Assembly: GCA_013239625.1 (NCBI GenBank)
Contig: MU053561.1
Span: 312,826 to 376,825 of the forward strand
Direction of reading: 5' to 3'
DNA length: 64,000 nt
Source of the DNA: Lama guanicoe
Taxonomy: Eukaryota
Part shown: one piece after another, positions 39,932 to 52,810 of the stretch
Layout of the letters: every line of letters starts with the position of its first letter
How positions within the stretch are numbered: position 1 is the stretch's first letter
Translations under genes and position numbers: made by a program
The notes under the pieces: model-generated
Database searches by the model: none
What the model was told of the DNA's origin: nothing
The model's input: only the letters and a program-made list of their open reading frames with translations

Positions 39932-42900
39932 ATGAGGCAAAAACTATTACCTGGAGAATTATCAGTATCTACAGGTTGTTCTAGGTATTTAAGTTGTCAT
40001 CCAAGGTTTTGGTAGTATAGCATTTCCTACCAAGTTAGTCCAGACTCATAGTGTCAATAGAGAAAGTAGTCTCTAAAAAGAAATTATTTCCTTTCTAACA
40101 GGAGATGGAAAGGATCTAATAGTCTACTGCCTTAGTCCTAGTGTCACATGGCAGTAGCCTGCAATAATTGGCAGGTGGAATTACTAAGAGGGATAATTGA
40201 TGCCTTGAAAAACTTGTCTAACTGAGCTTTGTGCAATATATTTTGGGAGTTCACCAGCACAGTTTGTGTGCTGACACAGATGATGATACATGCTCAGACT
40301 TGTTGGGATTGAAGAGGTAGTAGGTGGGTAGGGCATGGAGACAACACAGCTCTCCCTTTTCACCAGAGGCTTTACCTGAGTTTTCTCTCCTCCTCTCCCT
40401 TCTAACAGAAAGTCATTTGCTTTTAGTCCCTCCTATATTCTACTGGCAGACCAATGTTCTCTTGCAATTTTGATCATATCTTTCCTCACCTGTGAGCCTA
40501 CAATAACTCCCCTTTGCTTGCTGTATCAAGTTCAGAATTTATATTAAAATTCAAAGCCTCAAATGATGTCCAGCTTTATCTCATTTTAAACCCCACCTGA
40601 GAGTACACCCCAGTTATTTTGGTATCTTCAAGCCCTTATCCTACCACCGTGAGTGCGCAGGCTGATGCTTTGTTGCCATGTTGTGGTGGGAAAAGCTGAA
40701 TGACCTTGAACAATGCAACCAACTCCTTTAGAAGATCACCAAGAAACTTTCCTATTTCTGTATTTCATGACTTTTTGTCTTTATTCATTTCTACCAAGGT
40801 TGTTCTTTCATTGTCTCATGCTTCCATGCATTCTCATTGTTATTTAAGACCCTAGGATTAGGGACTTAGTCTGTAGATCTTCTTGATCAAACCCAGGGTT
40901 GGATAGTTAACTGTGCTGCAGTAGAAAGAACAGTAGTTGTAGAGTCAAACTGATTTGGGTTTGAATGACAGTGCTCCGACTACTTTATGACACTGGGTAA
41001 GGGATTGGATGGGTGGTGTTAAATAACCTTTCTGAGCTTCATGTTTCTTATTTTTCAGCTTCTGTGTTGGTTTCTTCCTCTGCCAAGAGGGTGGTGACAT
41101 AAAGGAAGTGCAGTATCTTAGTAGACTTTCTACTGGGAATTTTGGAACAAGCAATTTAGTGGCACCCTGGTTACTGTTTTTATAGTCTGAATATAATAAC
41201 TAGTTGCTAGAATTGGAATGAGGAAAAAAAATTGGCAGAAATATGCCTGGCAGGGTTTTTGTTCTGGAGAAATGTGCCTGAACGTTAGAGAGAAGGACCT
41301 ATTCTATAAAATATTACTTACAAACTCATATTTTCTTGGCTCTCTAGATTTGATTTCTCTGACAGTATCTAACAGATGTATAGTCCTAAACTGTTTAGTG
41401 AAGGTATCTAACCTTCAAAAATCAATCTCATTAGACAGATAGTCAACTGTACTCAAAAATCCATTTGATTTTTGGATAGAAATTTGGAGTTACAAATTTT
41501 TCAAGTAATTCAATCATGTGAATCATGATTTTAATTCTTACCTACCCCATCCTCTCTCCTTCCCCATGGGTTTGTGTGCCTGGGAAAACTGACTCTTGGA
41601 GATTGTTTCAATATGGTGAGAGTCACACCTCAAGAGTTTGAGTCAGCAGCTTTAGTTCAAATCCCAGCTCTCCTACACTCCCTGCCTCACATTTGGCAAG
41701 TTATTTTACCTCTCTGAGCCTGTTTCCTCAACTGTAAATGAGATCATTTTTGTGATAGCTCAGGCACAATGCCTGGTTCATAGTAAGCAATCAGTGAGTC
41801 TTGTTTTCCTCTCCTAAAAGTGCCAAATTTTCATTCCAAGCATTTTTTCATTAACCTACAATGTTTATTTGTTTGGGTATTTTAATGCATGTGAAATATA
41901 TTTGAGATATTTTAAAAATGCACACTGTCCTATTCTCAGAATTATCACAGAGCCAGTGAGAAAGGAAAATAACACCCAAATTTCTCACATGTCAGCATAT
42001 CAGTTCAGTTTGAGGGTAGCATAGCTATTTGAGTTAGCATTAGTGTAAAAGACAAGACTGTCACCAATTTCCAGGTTATACAGAAACTCTTCACCTACTT
42101 CTTGGTTATATTTTCATTTCTAAATCCCACCTCCATCTTAATTAGACACCTGTCTTTACTCTGCGATAACATTTCTGCCAGTAAAGTAGGAGCAAAGCTT
42201 TCTGTACTAAAAGATATCATCTATCCTGGGAGGGATGATTGCTCCTGCACTCATCACTCAGTCACTCACTGTGTATTAGTTAATACTATGCTTTGCAATT
42301 GACAGAGCTCCATCTGAAATTAGGGAGATCTATTAGAAAGGACATCTCTCTGAATGGCTATCCCCTGAATGGGCTTAGGAACAGTCAGTCTTTGGGAACA
42401 ACTGAAACTAATAACTTGAATGCCACCGGATTCTGTTTTTCTCTTCTGTGTACTTCTGCTTTACTGTTACCATTTTGTCTGTAGACTGGCCACTCCATCC
42501 TTTTGTCCAAGGGGCAGAGGGTCCCTAGTCCAAAAGTTTGAAAAAAAGACACAATGATACAGCTTATATCAGATGCCCATCCTGGATCAGTCAGCTGTGA
42601 CCGGGAAGGTGGGATCATGTAAAGACATGGTGGCTTCTTTAAGAATCATATGGATGAAGTAGGGTGAGGAGAACAGCACAGAAGCAGGGTGCTGAGCAGA
42701 TTTCCAGAGATGCCCACACACCCATCCTGCCGTCTCAGGTAGTGGGATCCTAGCTGGAAATACAAAAAAAAATTCCTGAACTGAGGTTGTTTGCAGCCAA
42801 GTGATGGGAGCTTGATGTACAATCAAATAAGTGCAACAGAATGATGTTAGTTCTGTAATAATGGTTGTATAGTTTAGATAGGAGTAAAGAGTAGGTGATC

Positions 42901-43644
42901 AGTGAGGTTGATCAGAGACAACTAGCTTCTGTTAGCAGTGAGGGATACACAATTGGACACTTTGCAGACTTTCTGAAAATATTTGAGCCAATTGAGTTAT
43001 TGGTCTAGGGACTGAGTATAGTCTTGGCATTTTCTTAGTATAAACATACTGTGCTTTTTCGTTGAGCCCTCTTCAGAGTGCCTTTTTGAATTATTCGTTG
43101 AGCTTTTTACAAAGAGAATTAAGGACACCTTGAGGATTTTTGAGTTTTACCCACTTGTCATGTTCTGTTTTAGAGAATTCATATAATCCAAATATTTGTT
43201 CCCTTTGATAGCTCCCTAAGCTGGTAGTAAAAGACCTCTAATAGGACTGATTCATCACTTTGTTTTACAACTCAGGTGGCCTGACGCTAAACTGCTTGTT
43301 AATCACAAATTCCTTTTTTACAAGTTGAAGTTATATTCTTGTTCCTTGTCATGGGGCCTGAGAGCCTTTGCCATAGTCCTCCATCCTTTGCTATCATAGT
43401 GACCTGTAGTATTTCCATAAGTGGTTTCATGTTTATCAGCCTTCAGTTTGCTCCTTTTCAGGCAAAACAAACTAATCCTTTTCCATCTTCTGTTACGTTG
43501 GGTTGACTTTTCTGTGTCTTATTCCACTTTAATCCACCAGTTGCTCCAGTCTCATCTTCTTGGCTTTGCCTTTCACATCTGTATTTTACCAAGGCTTTTA
43601 TTGTCCTTAATTTCTTCCTCTATCCTTGCTTGCCCTTACTTTTT

Positions 43645-43822
43645 AAAAAAGTAAACCTTTTATTTTAAGATAATTGTAGTTTCACACAAAGTTACAAGAA
43701 TTAACAGACATTGTGTACCCTTAACCAAGTCTCCCCTAATGGTAACATCATCTTGCAAAACTACTGTCCACCATCATAACCAGGACATTGACACTGAAAC
43801 AGTCTAGATATAGAACAGTTGC
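43645..43822 (-). mobile_element. L1MC/MD-like 3' end
   Basis: ataattgtagtttcacacaaagtt...tcccctaatggtaacatc..ttgcaaaacta..aaccaggacattgacactg. Confidence 0.7.
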
Positions 43823-44228
43823 CCTAATATTTTTATTTTTAGGTTCCTTCTCTTTATTCCTATTCTTGCTCATCTCTTAGACTCTTCTCTTCTCTCTTTT
43901 CTCACTTATATATTCATTGTCCCAGGGATTTAACCAAGTCAGACTTAAGAATCTTACAAGACTCAATTTTCTCTTTGATAAGCTGGCTAGATCTCATGGT
44001 GTCAGCGTTTGTAGGGCTGGAAACTTGCACTGTCTAAATTATTTGCCTGGAATAAATATTTGGATGTCTCAAGGTGACTTTGAAATTTATGTGAGGACCT
44101 GGTCTGCTGTGAGTTAAGTTTGTCTTCATTTCAGACAGGTCACAAGAGGGTGAAGAATTGTGGAGGCTGGTATGGTATTAATTGTCTGAGACTTAAGAGC
44201 CCTAATCAAAGGCATTTTCCCCCCAAAG

Positions 44229-44462
44229 GACAGTTCTGCACAGAGGATGTGGATGAGTGCCTGCTGCAACCCAATGCCTGTCAGAATGGGGGCACCTGTA
44301 CCAACCGCAATGGGGGCTATGGCTGTGTGTGTGTCAACGGCTGGAGTGGAGATGACTGCAGTGAGAACATTGATGACTGTGCCTTCGCCTCCTGCACTCC
44401 GGGCTCCACCTGCATTGACCGCGTGGCCTCCTTCTCTTGCATGTGCCCAGAAGGAAAGGCAG
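44229..44462 (+). CDS. NOTCH2: NOTCH2 exon 6 (234 nt; EGF8-9)
   Basis: ttttccccccaaag|GACAGTTC...AAGGCAG|gtaagg; [24 protein letters not shown]...CPEGKA. Confidence 0.96.
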
Positions 44463-45350
44463 GTAAGGCCAGCAGAAGGACAGAGCTGGAGATCAGGGAA
44501 AGGGCTGCTGTTCATTGGGAATTTCCGCCCTCTTCTCTTTCATCCCAATAGGTGTGTCCTTTCAATCACCATTTGTAGGAACATGTTACTCAAGACTTTT
44601 CTTCTGGAAATGTAGTTGCTAGCCAAAGTGCTGTGACGTGAGTCTCCATCCTTAGGAATTTTGGCTCTCAACTCTTTGTACCTCAGTTTTCCATTTCCCT
44701 AAAATGAAAGTTAGAGACTATTGCCTTGGGAACATCTATAGACCTTCTTAATATTTGAAGCTAAAAGCCAACTCAGAAAAATAATTTCTCAGAAATTAAG
44801 ACAAAAGTACCAATAAATGGATGTAGACACTTCATTTTAAGAAGAAATAATCCATTTACTCAGAAGAAGTTGGCAAGAGAGAAATACTTAAGTGCATTTC
44901 AGCTTTTAATGTCTATGTAAATATTCCTCGAAGGGAAGCTTTCTATCAACTGCAGAGTTAACGATGCTCTAGCCTCTCAACTTAACAGCTTCTGGTTCTA
45001 GAAATAGAGCAATGAAGGGAGGAATGTGATGGAATTCAATTGCTTAGTTGAGAGAACTTTGTGCCCAGCAGTTTTGAAATGTTCTTATATCTATGCCTTT
45101 CCAAAAGCCCCACCTCCAGCTTTGTAGAAGCTTTAGTCACCTCTTCTTAAGCTAATTGCAGACTGGAAAACCCAGTTCCCGTGTGAAGTATGTAGAACAT
45201 GGGGCCTAGTAATATATTCAGAGTCCTGGGGGCACGTGAGTCAGAAATGTTGACACAGTTAAAAAGCTGCCCAGGTGTAGCTTAATGATGTTCTGATGCT
45301 AGTGAAATGCAGGTGGCCCCATGATCATCAGGTAGCATGATTTTGGGAAA

Positions 45351-45480
45351 GTAGGTTGCCAAATAAAACACAGGATGCATGTAATATTTAAGACGTGCAG
45401 TAAAAAAATTATGTGTTGTTTATCTGAAATTCAAATTGAACGGGGCATTCTCTATTTTTATTTGTTAAACATGGCAGCAC
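45351..45480. mobile_element. MER53-like hAT MITE, internally deleted
   Basis: GTAGGTTGCCAAATAAAACACAGGATG...GTTGTTTATCTGAAATTCAAATT...TTTATTTGTTAAACATGGCA. Confidence 0.75.
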
Positions 45481-45795
45481 AGTGGGAAGGGTATCTCCAT
45501 TGTCCTGTGTCCATCATTTAACCACTTCACTTTGTGGCCTCACTTTATCTTTCCTTGAGGAGAGATCTATCTGAGGGCTCAGGGTCAGAGCACCAGAGTT
45601 GTCTGCAGAAGCTCCTTGCTTTGCTGCTGGCTGCAGCATGTCCCTAAGATTGGATCAAGCAAAGGGGGAGTTGCCTCTAAATCTTCATATTGGATTTTGA
45701 TGAGTCCATCCTAAGGTTTCCCCTCCTCCATGAAAGAAAAAACTGTTCCCCAAGTAAGGGACATTTTCTCTTTGTTCTCCTTGTTCCTGTGACAG

Positions 45796-45951
45796 GTCTC
45801 TTATGTCATCTGGATGATGCATGCATCAGCAATCCCTGCCACAAGGGGGCCCTGTGTGATACTAACCCTCTGAATGGACAGTACATTTGCACCTGCCCCC
45901 AAGGCTACAAAGGAGCCGACTGTACAGAAGATGTGGATGAGTGTGCCATGG
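45796..45951 (+). CDS. NOTCH2: NOTCH2 exon 7 (156 nt; EGF10, start of EGF11)
   Basis: cctgtgacag|GTCTCTTA...GCCATGG|gtaagc; [21 protein letters not shown]...DVDECAM. Confidence 0.97.
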
Positions 45952-46238
45952 GTAAGCACACAGAACCTTTCCTGTTCCTCATGGTGTCTGTTGAGCTCAG
46001 CAAGCATTTAAGCTGAAGCACAAGTTACTCTATGAGTATATTTCACCCAAACCTCAGATCTCACCTGTTACATGCCCACTGTTTATAACTAACCTTTCAG
46101 TGTAACCATATAGTCTGTTCTAGGAATTGAAATGTGTGGGAGGTCTGTACTTGATTCCTAATGTAGATCCCTACCTTAGTGACAGTTTGGGTATAAGAAC
46201 AGCAGAGAGCCTCTAGAGTTGAGATTGCCCTAGTGTGT

Positions 46239-46290
46239 CTTTCCTTCCTTCCTTCCTTCCTTGTTTATTTATGTACTTACTTACTTTCTT
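46239..46290. repeat. (TTCC)n/(TTAC)n tetranucleotide simple repeats
   Basis: Directly visible. Confidence 0.8.
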
Positions 46291-46444
46291 ATTGATTGGT
46301 TGACTGGAAGAAAACAGGAAATTGAGGATCAGATTATTAAAGGCCTGGCCCTAATGCTAGCAATCTGACCAGCTTCTGTAGTCCACATATGTGGAAACTC
46401 CATCAAGTGCTTTGATCCTGGTAATAGATGCTTGTGTTTTTCAG

Positions 46445-46633
46445 CCAATAGCAATCCTTGTGAGCATGCAGGAAAATGTGTGAACACAGATGGTGCCTTC
46501 CATTGTGAGTGTCTGAAGGGCTACGCAGGGCCTCGTTGTGAGATGGACATTAATGAGTGCCATTCAGACCCCTGCCAGAACGACGCCACCTGTTTGGATA
46601 AGATTGGAGGCTTCACGTGTCTGTGCATGCCAG
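46445..46633 (+). CDS. NOTCH2: NOTCH2 exon 8 (189 nt; EGF11-12, core ligand-binding region)
   Basis: gtgtttttcag|CCAATAGC...ATGCCAG|gtacac; [63 protein letters not shown]. Confidence 0.97.
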
Positions 46634-47587
46634 GTACACGGGCCGTGAGTGTGTGGGGCGTAGACAGGAGGCACAGCACTGTGCTTCTCTTAGGTGGGGC
46701 CCTCAGTAGAATGTGGCAATTCCATGAGCTCTGTCAGCATTTAATCTCCAATAACGACAGCGTTCCCAGCCAAGGAGACCCTTAAGGAGTGAGGCCATGT
46801 TAGAATTCTTAGAGCTGTGGAGACCAATTCCATTATGTCAAAACCTAGATTCATGTGAGAGAAAAATTCAGAAATAATTTTTAAAATGCCAGTAGTCTTT
46901 GATTTAATAAAGGATTTATCATAAAAATTCTTTAAATAACAAGCTTTCCTTATCCCCTGATGTATTGCAAATAGCATACCATTCCATTTATAGAAAGTAA
47001 TTTTACCCAGAATTGTATAGGAACTTGCCGTTTATGCATAGAGAGATACACACGCTTTGTTGTATTCTGGAGCTCTTCTGCAGAGACCACTGCCTGAGTC
47101 TTCAGCACAGTTAAACCCAGCTTACAATGACGGCTGACTTTGGCTGCTTTGCCTGATTAGGGATGCTAGCCGCTCTAGCCTTGGGAGGCCCTCCTGACCT
47201 TGACTTGCACCCTGACAGCAGCAGCATCTCTGATTCAGCTGGTCTTTAGGAACTTGAAGTGAGGACCCTATGGACCTGGCAGTGTCTTGGAAGCAAGGCC
47301 TGGACTGGTCAGAGAATGTGGTTCAGTCTTTGTTGACTTGCTAGGTCTTAGCAAGGTCTTTGGAGGTAACCTCTTCTGCCTCTCCACAGTGACATAGATA
47401 CCCAGAGTGTTCCCCTGTCTGGCCGATGCTTACAGTGACAATTTCCCATCATGGCAGAGTCCCCTTTACCCTCTACAGAAATGTTCATGCTTACACAGGG
47501 TGTAGTCATCTTTGCAAATTTCTGCTTTCTCAGCTAGAATACGCCTTTTCCTTTTCCTAAGCTACTTGTGTGGTCCATTTTGTTCAG

Positions 47588-47701
47588 GTTTCAAAGGTGT
47601 GCATTGTGAATTGGAGATAAATGAATGTCAGAGCAACCCTTGTGTGAACAATGGACAGTGTGTGGATAAAGTCAATCGCTTCCAGTGTCTGTGTCCGCCT
47701 G
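47588..47701 (+). CDS. NOTCH2: NOTCH2 exon 9 (114 nt; EGF13)
   Basis: attttgttcag|GTTTCAAA...CCGCCTG|gtaagt; [38 protein letters not shown]. Confidence 0.97.
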
Positions 47702-48463
47702 GTAAGTGCCCACCACCTGCCCCTGTTTTCTTTGAAAGCACAAAGCTGACTGACCACAGGGAAGGGAGGAGGGAGAGAATGTGTGTGGGCTGTACATGAG
47801 GAAGTCATTAAAGTGAGCGCTTCGGGATAGGAGTGTGTGTGTACAGAAATGGGGGATGTGTTTCAGCTAGTCTATCTTCCAAATCCTTTGTGGCCAGAAG
47901 TCCAAGTCTATTCTGAATGGCCCATGACCTCTCCGTCTGTGTGTATATTTCAGAAGGTTCATACCTCACGGAAGCCTTAATTCTTAGGCTATTTGGGATT
48001 TAATTTTTTTTCCATGGGTAATATTCTTGAAACCCTTCTGTGAGAGTGTTATTTTTAGACATTTCACCCATGGGTACAGAAACAGACAGCACAAGTCAAT
48101 TCTTCCCAAAGAATGCTGTGTCTCCTGCTCCCTAGAGCTGTGGCTTAAGACTCGCTAAATTTCCCGCCATGGTCTTTGTAGCCTCTCTCATTGTTTCTTC
48201 AGAGAGAAGGTCCCAGTTCCTCTGAAGCTACACTCACTAGGTAGGGGCTCTGCCTGTTACCACTCAGTCCCTACTTTAACTAGAAGTGAATTCTGTGCTG
48301 GGAAGAAGAGCTTCACCCAGCTGCTGTTAATAGTAGTTCCACAATGGCTGACCACTAGTGTAAGCCCTGCCAACAGCAGCCCAGCGCTCCTTGGGCAGCG
48401 TTCTCATCGTAGGGAAGACACGGGGTGATCGTGTGACCTGTGTCATCACTGTACTCTCTTAAG

Positions 48464-48577
48464 GTTTCACTGGGCCGGTTTGCCAGATCGATATTGACGA
48501 CTGTTCCAGCACGCCGTGTCTCAATGGGGCGAAGTGCATCGACCATCCGAATGGCTATGAGTGCCAGTGCGCCACCG
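48464..48577 (+). CDS. NOTCH2: NOTCH2 exon 10 (114 nt; EGF14)
   Basis: actctcttaag|GTTTCACT...GCCACCG|gtaaga; [38 protein letters not shown]. Confidence 0.96.
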
Positions 48578-49749
48578 GTAAGATCCTTCTCACTTCTTAT
48601 TCCATCCGTCTGAACAGAACGGGAGGCCGTCCACTTCTAGCTGCCCTGCCAGGCCAGGTGACTAACATGGGCTGCTCTGTGTTTAGAAAGCGCTTCTTCC
48701 AGCCTGTTTCTTGCTGCTCTCACTGTTTACTTCTACAACACCTGCTTCCTTCACCACAGTGGTGCCCTGGCCTGGACATTTCCATGTGGTGTCCCTGTCT
48801 TTCTGGGTCAGATTTTGGCAGTGGTGAGTTTCCAGCTGGCTTGACTTACACTCCTTTGGAAAAGGGAAGAAATCTAGTTGAAAGCTTTTTTTCACTGGGG
48901 CTTCTCCATGGGAGGCCTGTCTCTGTGTTTCTTGAGGCAAGTGATTGAACAAAGGCCCAGAAATCTGAGCACAACGGTGTGCAAGGGCAGAAGTTTTCTG
49001 CATAAACGATGACTCGTGCTTTATGAGTCAGGTGTGTATTTCAACAGGGGAGAGGGCTGTGTCTGGGAAAGTTTGGGTCCTTTTTCCTGACTTCTGCTAC
49101 TAGAGTCAAAAAGAATTATTTACAAATAGTCTATATTTCTGATCCATGGCCACATTTCTAATTTGGGAGTGAATTTGAATAAGCCAAACACCCCTTAATT
49201 ACATGTTTGCTTCTGCAAAGACCAAATATTGTGTAGAGAAGAACTAGAAATTATTAGAAAGGTGACTTCCCAGTTTTTTAAATCTATTTAAGAAAGAAAG
49301 AAGTTATGAATATAATTCAAGACATTTTTCTTACTTTAGAAAATGGATTTTTAAAGGATTTTAAGCATCATGTGCATGATTTTTTTCTGATCACAGAAAA
49401 ACACACTGAGTAATAAAAATAAACATAGAGAATTACTATTTTGGTAGTCCTGGAACATTACCACTTATTAGGCCTACCCAGAGTAGGCCCTGTCAGATGA
49501 ACCCCTTAGCTTCCTTCTCTTTTCGCAAACTCCTGTCTTTGGTTGGAGAAGTTTCAGGTTTTATCTTCCTCTGGCCAGATTATGCTCATGGAGAATGACT
49601 TTCACTGGAGAGAGTTTATAAACTCATGTTTAAAAGGGAGAGTCTTTTAAAAGGATTTAATGTTGAATAAAGGAACTTTTATTTGTCCTTTTTCTTTTAA
49701 ATGTCATAACTATTCATTTTATCTAACAAGTATTTATTAAAAACTTACT

Positions 49750-49843
49750 CATTTGGTGGAGCTCATGCTGAGCATGCACAAGGTACTTGGTTCGATTCCC
49801 AGTACCTCCATTTGAAAAACAAAGAAAGAAAAAAACCAAAATG
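49750..49843 (+). mobile_element. Ala-tRNA-derived SINE (Vic-1-like, camelid), 5'-truncated
   Basis: tggtggagctcatgctgagcatgcacaaggtacttggttcgattcccagtacctcca (tRNA-Ala body, B-box GGTTCGATTCCC) plus A-rich tail; 11-bp TSD AAAAACTTACT at 49739-49749 and 49844-49854. Confidence 0.8.
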
Positions 49844-50330
49844 AAAAACTTACTATATATGCATAGACCCCTGGGAGGATGAGAGGAAAAAAGAAAAGTT
49901 CTCCTTCCTCTCAGGTTAGAATTTAGAAGATAAGGTACATGAAACCATTACTGTAGTACCTGTATATACAGTTGGGCTTGGGAGGAAAGGAATATAGAAG
50001 TTAATATATAAAGGAAAAGTATTGTGAGCTATTCCTCACTGAAGCCTGATGTGAAATGAAGATACAGTGAAAGCGACTCTGCAATGAAATTATTGATTTA
50101 GGAAAAGCTATTTGAATTCTACAAATGTGACTTGAAAAGCTTTATTTTCAGCGAGACTCTAAGCTTGCCTTATAAATCAATGCAAATAGTCAGTTTTGAC
50201 TGCTCCTTGCCTGCAGTATGAATTATATAAGACGTGGGATGTGTAGGACAAGTGGATGCAGCTTCGTTTATGTTCCGGTGTGGAGTGTCTGCCTTGCTTC
50301 TTAAGCCTCTTTGGTAAAATTCCTTCCAAG

Positions 50331-50564
50331 GATTCACCGGTGTGTTGTGTGAGGAGAACATCGACAACTGTGACCCTGATCCTTGCCACCACGGCCAGTG
50401 TCAGGACGGGATTGATTCCTACACCTGCATCTGCAATCCGGGGTACATGGGCGCCATCTGCAGTGACCAGATCGATGAGTGTTACAGCAGCCCTTGCTTG
50501 AATGAGGGTCGCTGTATCGACCTGGTAAATGGCTATCAGTGCAACTGCCAGCCAGGCACGTCAG
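50331..50564 (+). CDS. NOTCH2: NOTCH2 exon 11 (234 nt; EGF15-16)
   Basis: tccttccaag|GATTCACC...ACGTCAG|gtgagg; [24 protein letters not shown]...CQPGTS. Confidence 0.97.
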
Positions 50565-52409
50565 GTGAGGCCACTCTGTCTGTGTTTCCTTCGAAGTCTC
50601 CACTGTTTCTCAGAAACAACTTCCACAGATGTCTCAGACCTTCCTGGCATATGCTTAGATACCTAAAAAACAGTCTTGATTCTGAGAAGCATAGCCAAAG
50701 CCGCAGCCAGAAACGTCTCAGAAGCAGATGCTTTAGCCAGTAGAGGGATTAGAGACAAGAGCTTTACAGAGCTGACTGTCTTGTGTATGTGTTCTTCATT
50801 AAAAGGAGGAGCTTCACTTCAAAAAAAATTGAAGTTATTATTTAAAGTTGAAGACTCTCTTGCTCTGGGGGCTCGATTTGAGTGTCTTCTTGTTTTTTTT
50901 CTTTAACCTCGACCTCACTCAGGTTAATGAAATTGGTCCTTTTTCCCTCCCTCCCTCCTGTTCTTCCAATAGTTTTTCCTCTCTTTCAGAGTCAAGTCTT
51001 ATCTTTAATTTGACACTTTTCTTCTGCCATTTGTCTCTGGTAGGCCTTGGGCATTTGAAGGATTCTGAGGGAGAGGAGAGACTGCAATACGTCCCAGTCA
51101 CCATAAATTTGAATGCAGAGCTGCCTTTTCTCATCTTAAGTTCACTGCTGTTTCCTGCCTCCAGTTGAATGACTGTGTGTTAGTCGTGAGGGCATGCTGC
51201 TCCTTGCTGGGGAAGTGTTGAGTGGTTTTCTCAGGCAGCAGCATTTCACAGCTTTCAGTGAATTCTGTTTTACTTACTTGAGGAATAATTATGGTCACAA
51301 CTGTGGACAGAGAAGTTCTGTGTCTCAGATCAAAGGAAAATGTATTAGTGGAAGATTAACTAGTGTGTGCCTCTGTTAGAAGGGACCCTGCCAATACAAG
51401 GAGTGATTTATTGAAAACTCAGTCTCTGTTTAAGGAAAATGGCCTATGTAGGGGGCAAAGGTGGGGGAGGTGGTTAGCTGCCCTCATTTTATTTTGTTAT
51501 TTCCAAATCCATTTCTTCAAACTTGTCAAAGGCCCTGGTCTCCATCCAGGACCTCGTACATGCCAAGTTTGAAAACAAAGTCCTTTTTGAGTTGCTCAAG
51601 CATACGAAAAACATCCCATGCCTTCCCGATTGAAAATGCCTTCCCCCTCCCCACGTTTAGATAACTCAGTAAAAGGGCTGAATAGATCTTTGTGAAACCT
51701 TCCAAAAGCAATTTGCTTCCGGGCTGGTCCCCAGACATGAGAAATTGCAGTACGAAAAGAAATTTGAGAGATTTACAAGCAATTGAATGGATGCCTTTAG
51801 AATGGTGGGGCTGTTTTAGGCTCTGCTATCGTTTCCATTACAACAGAAGTACTGGAAGACTGGGTGAGTGGTGGGCTGGCAAGCACCTTGTTTTCTCTAG
51901 GATTATATCATTGTGCCAGGCTGGATCAGGTGTGTTCCCTGGGGAGGACGGAGAAGGCCAGGTGTAAGTAGCTGTCGGTGAGAAAGGCAAGCAGGAAATA
52001 TCAGCAGTGTGCAGGCAGCGTAGAGGGAGGGTCCAGGTTCTCTAAGAAAACGGCCAGATCCATTCCTGTAGCGGTTGGAGAATTAAAGCAAAGAGATGTA
52101 GGCAGCACAAAGAAATCTTGGTCTGTAATAGGTGGAGAAAGACCTGGTTTGTACTAGGAGCCTGGGTGAAAGGATTCATTCAGTTAATCATTATGAATAG
52201 ACCTTGAGTTCTAGTGTAAGAATCCACAGCCCATTCATAGTATGGTCTGAGTTGTTAGGCGAGGGTTTGGATGAGTGTGTGGACAGAAGGGATGCTTTAC
52301 AATGTGCTGGTTATAATTGTGGTTTCTCACTCACCGAGTACTTAACGTGAGATGTACTACCCAGGGTCACTTCTGATGCCTTCTTTCACCTGTGGTTTTA
52401 TGATAGGAA

Positions 52410-52810
52410 AGTAAGCTTTTGGGGGTTTCAAGTCACAGAAACCAACTTGAATAGCTAAAGGAATCATCAACAAACAAGCAAACAACAGTTACAAAACAGG
52501 CAAGCAGAAAGAATTTTGCAAAAGTACACAGAAGCATCTTACAGATTCCCAGTGAGAACTGGACAGTGAGGCTTTGGGGGAGATTAGCAGGGCCACACAA
52601 AGACCATAGGTCACCCAGTTCATGTTCTAGCGTTCCAGTGAGACAATCTCATTGGCCCAGCTTGAGCTGGGTGTCTTTTCCTGCTAGGATAAAATGTGGG
52701 TTTGGGGGGCAGAGTCACGTTGGACTGCCATGATTTCCTGGGGCCTGCCTTGGTCCACTGTGAGTAAATGGAGGATGTCAGTCGAGGGCAGACACACCTC
52801 CTAAAGGTAT
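52410..52810. mobile_element. Probable ERVL-MaLR (MLT1-type) solo LTR
   Basis: ttcaagtcacagaaaccaacttgaatagctaaag...ctcattggcccagcttgag...ggggggcagagtcacgt, motifs typical of old MLT1. Confidence 0.5.

Noticed and set aside
41956..41989. Head-to-head GTGAGAA...TTCTCACA resembling a paired RBPJ site
   Set aside because: The spacer is 19 nt, outside the 15-17 nt needed for cooperative Notch dimers, and the first site lacks the 5' pyrimidine.
49750..49810. Possible tRNA-Ala gene
   Set aside because: The 5' acceptor stem is missing, and it has an A-tail and TSD, so it is a retroposed SINE rather than a tRNA gene.
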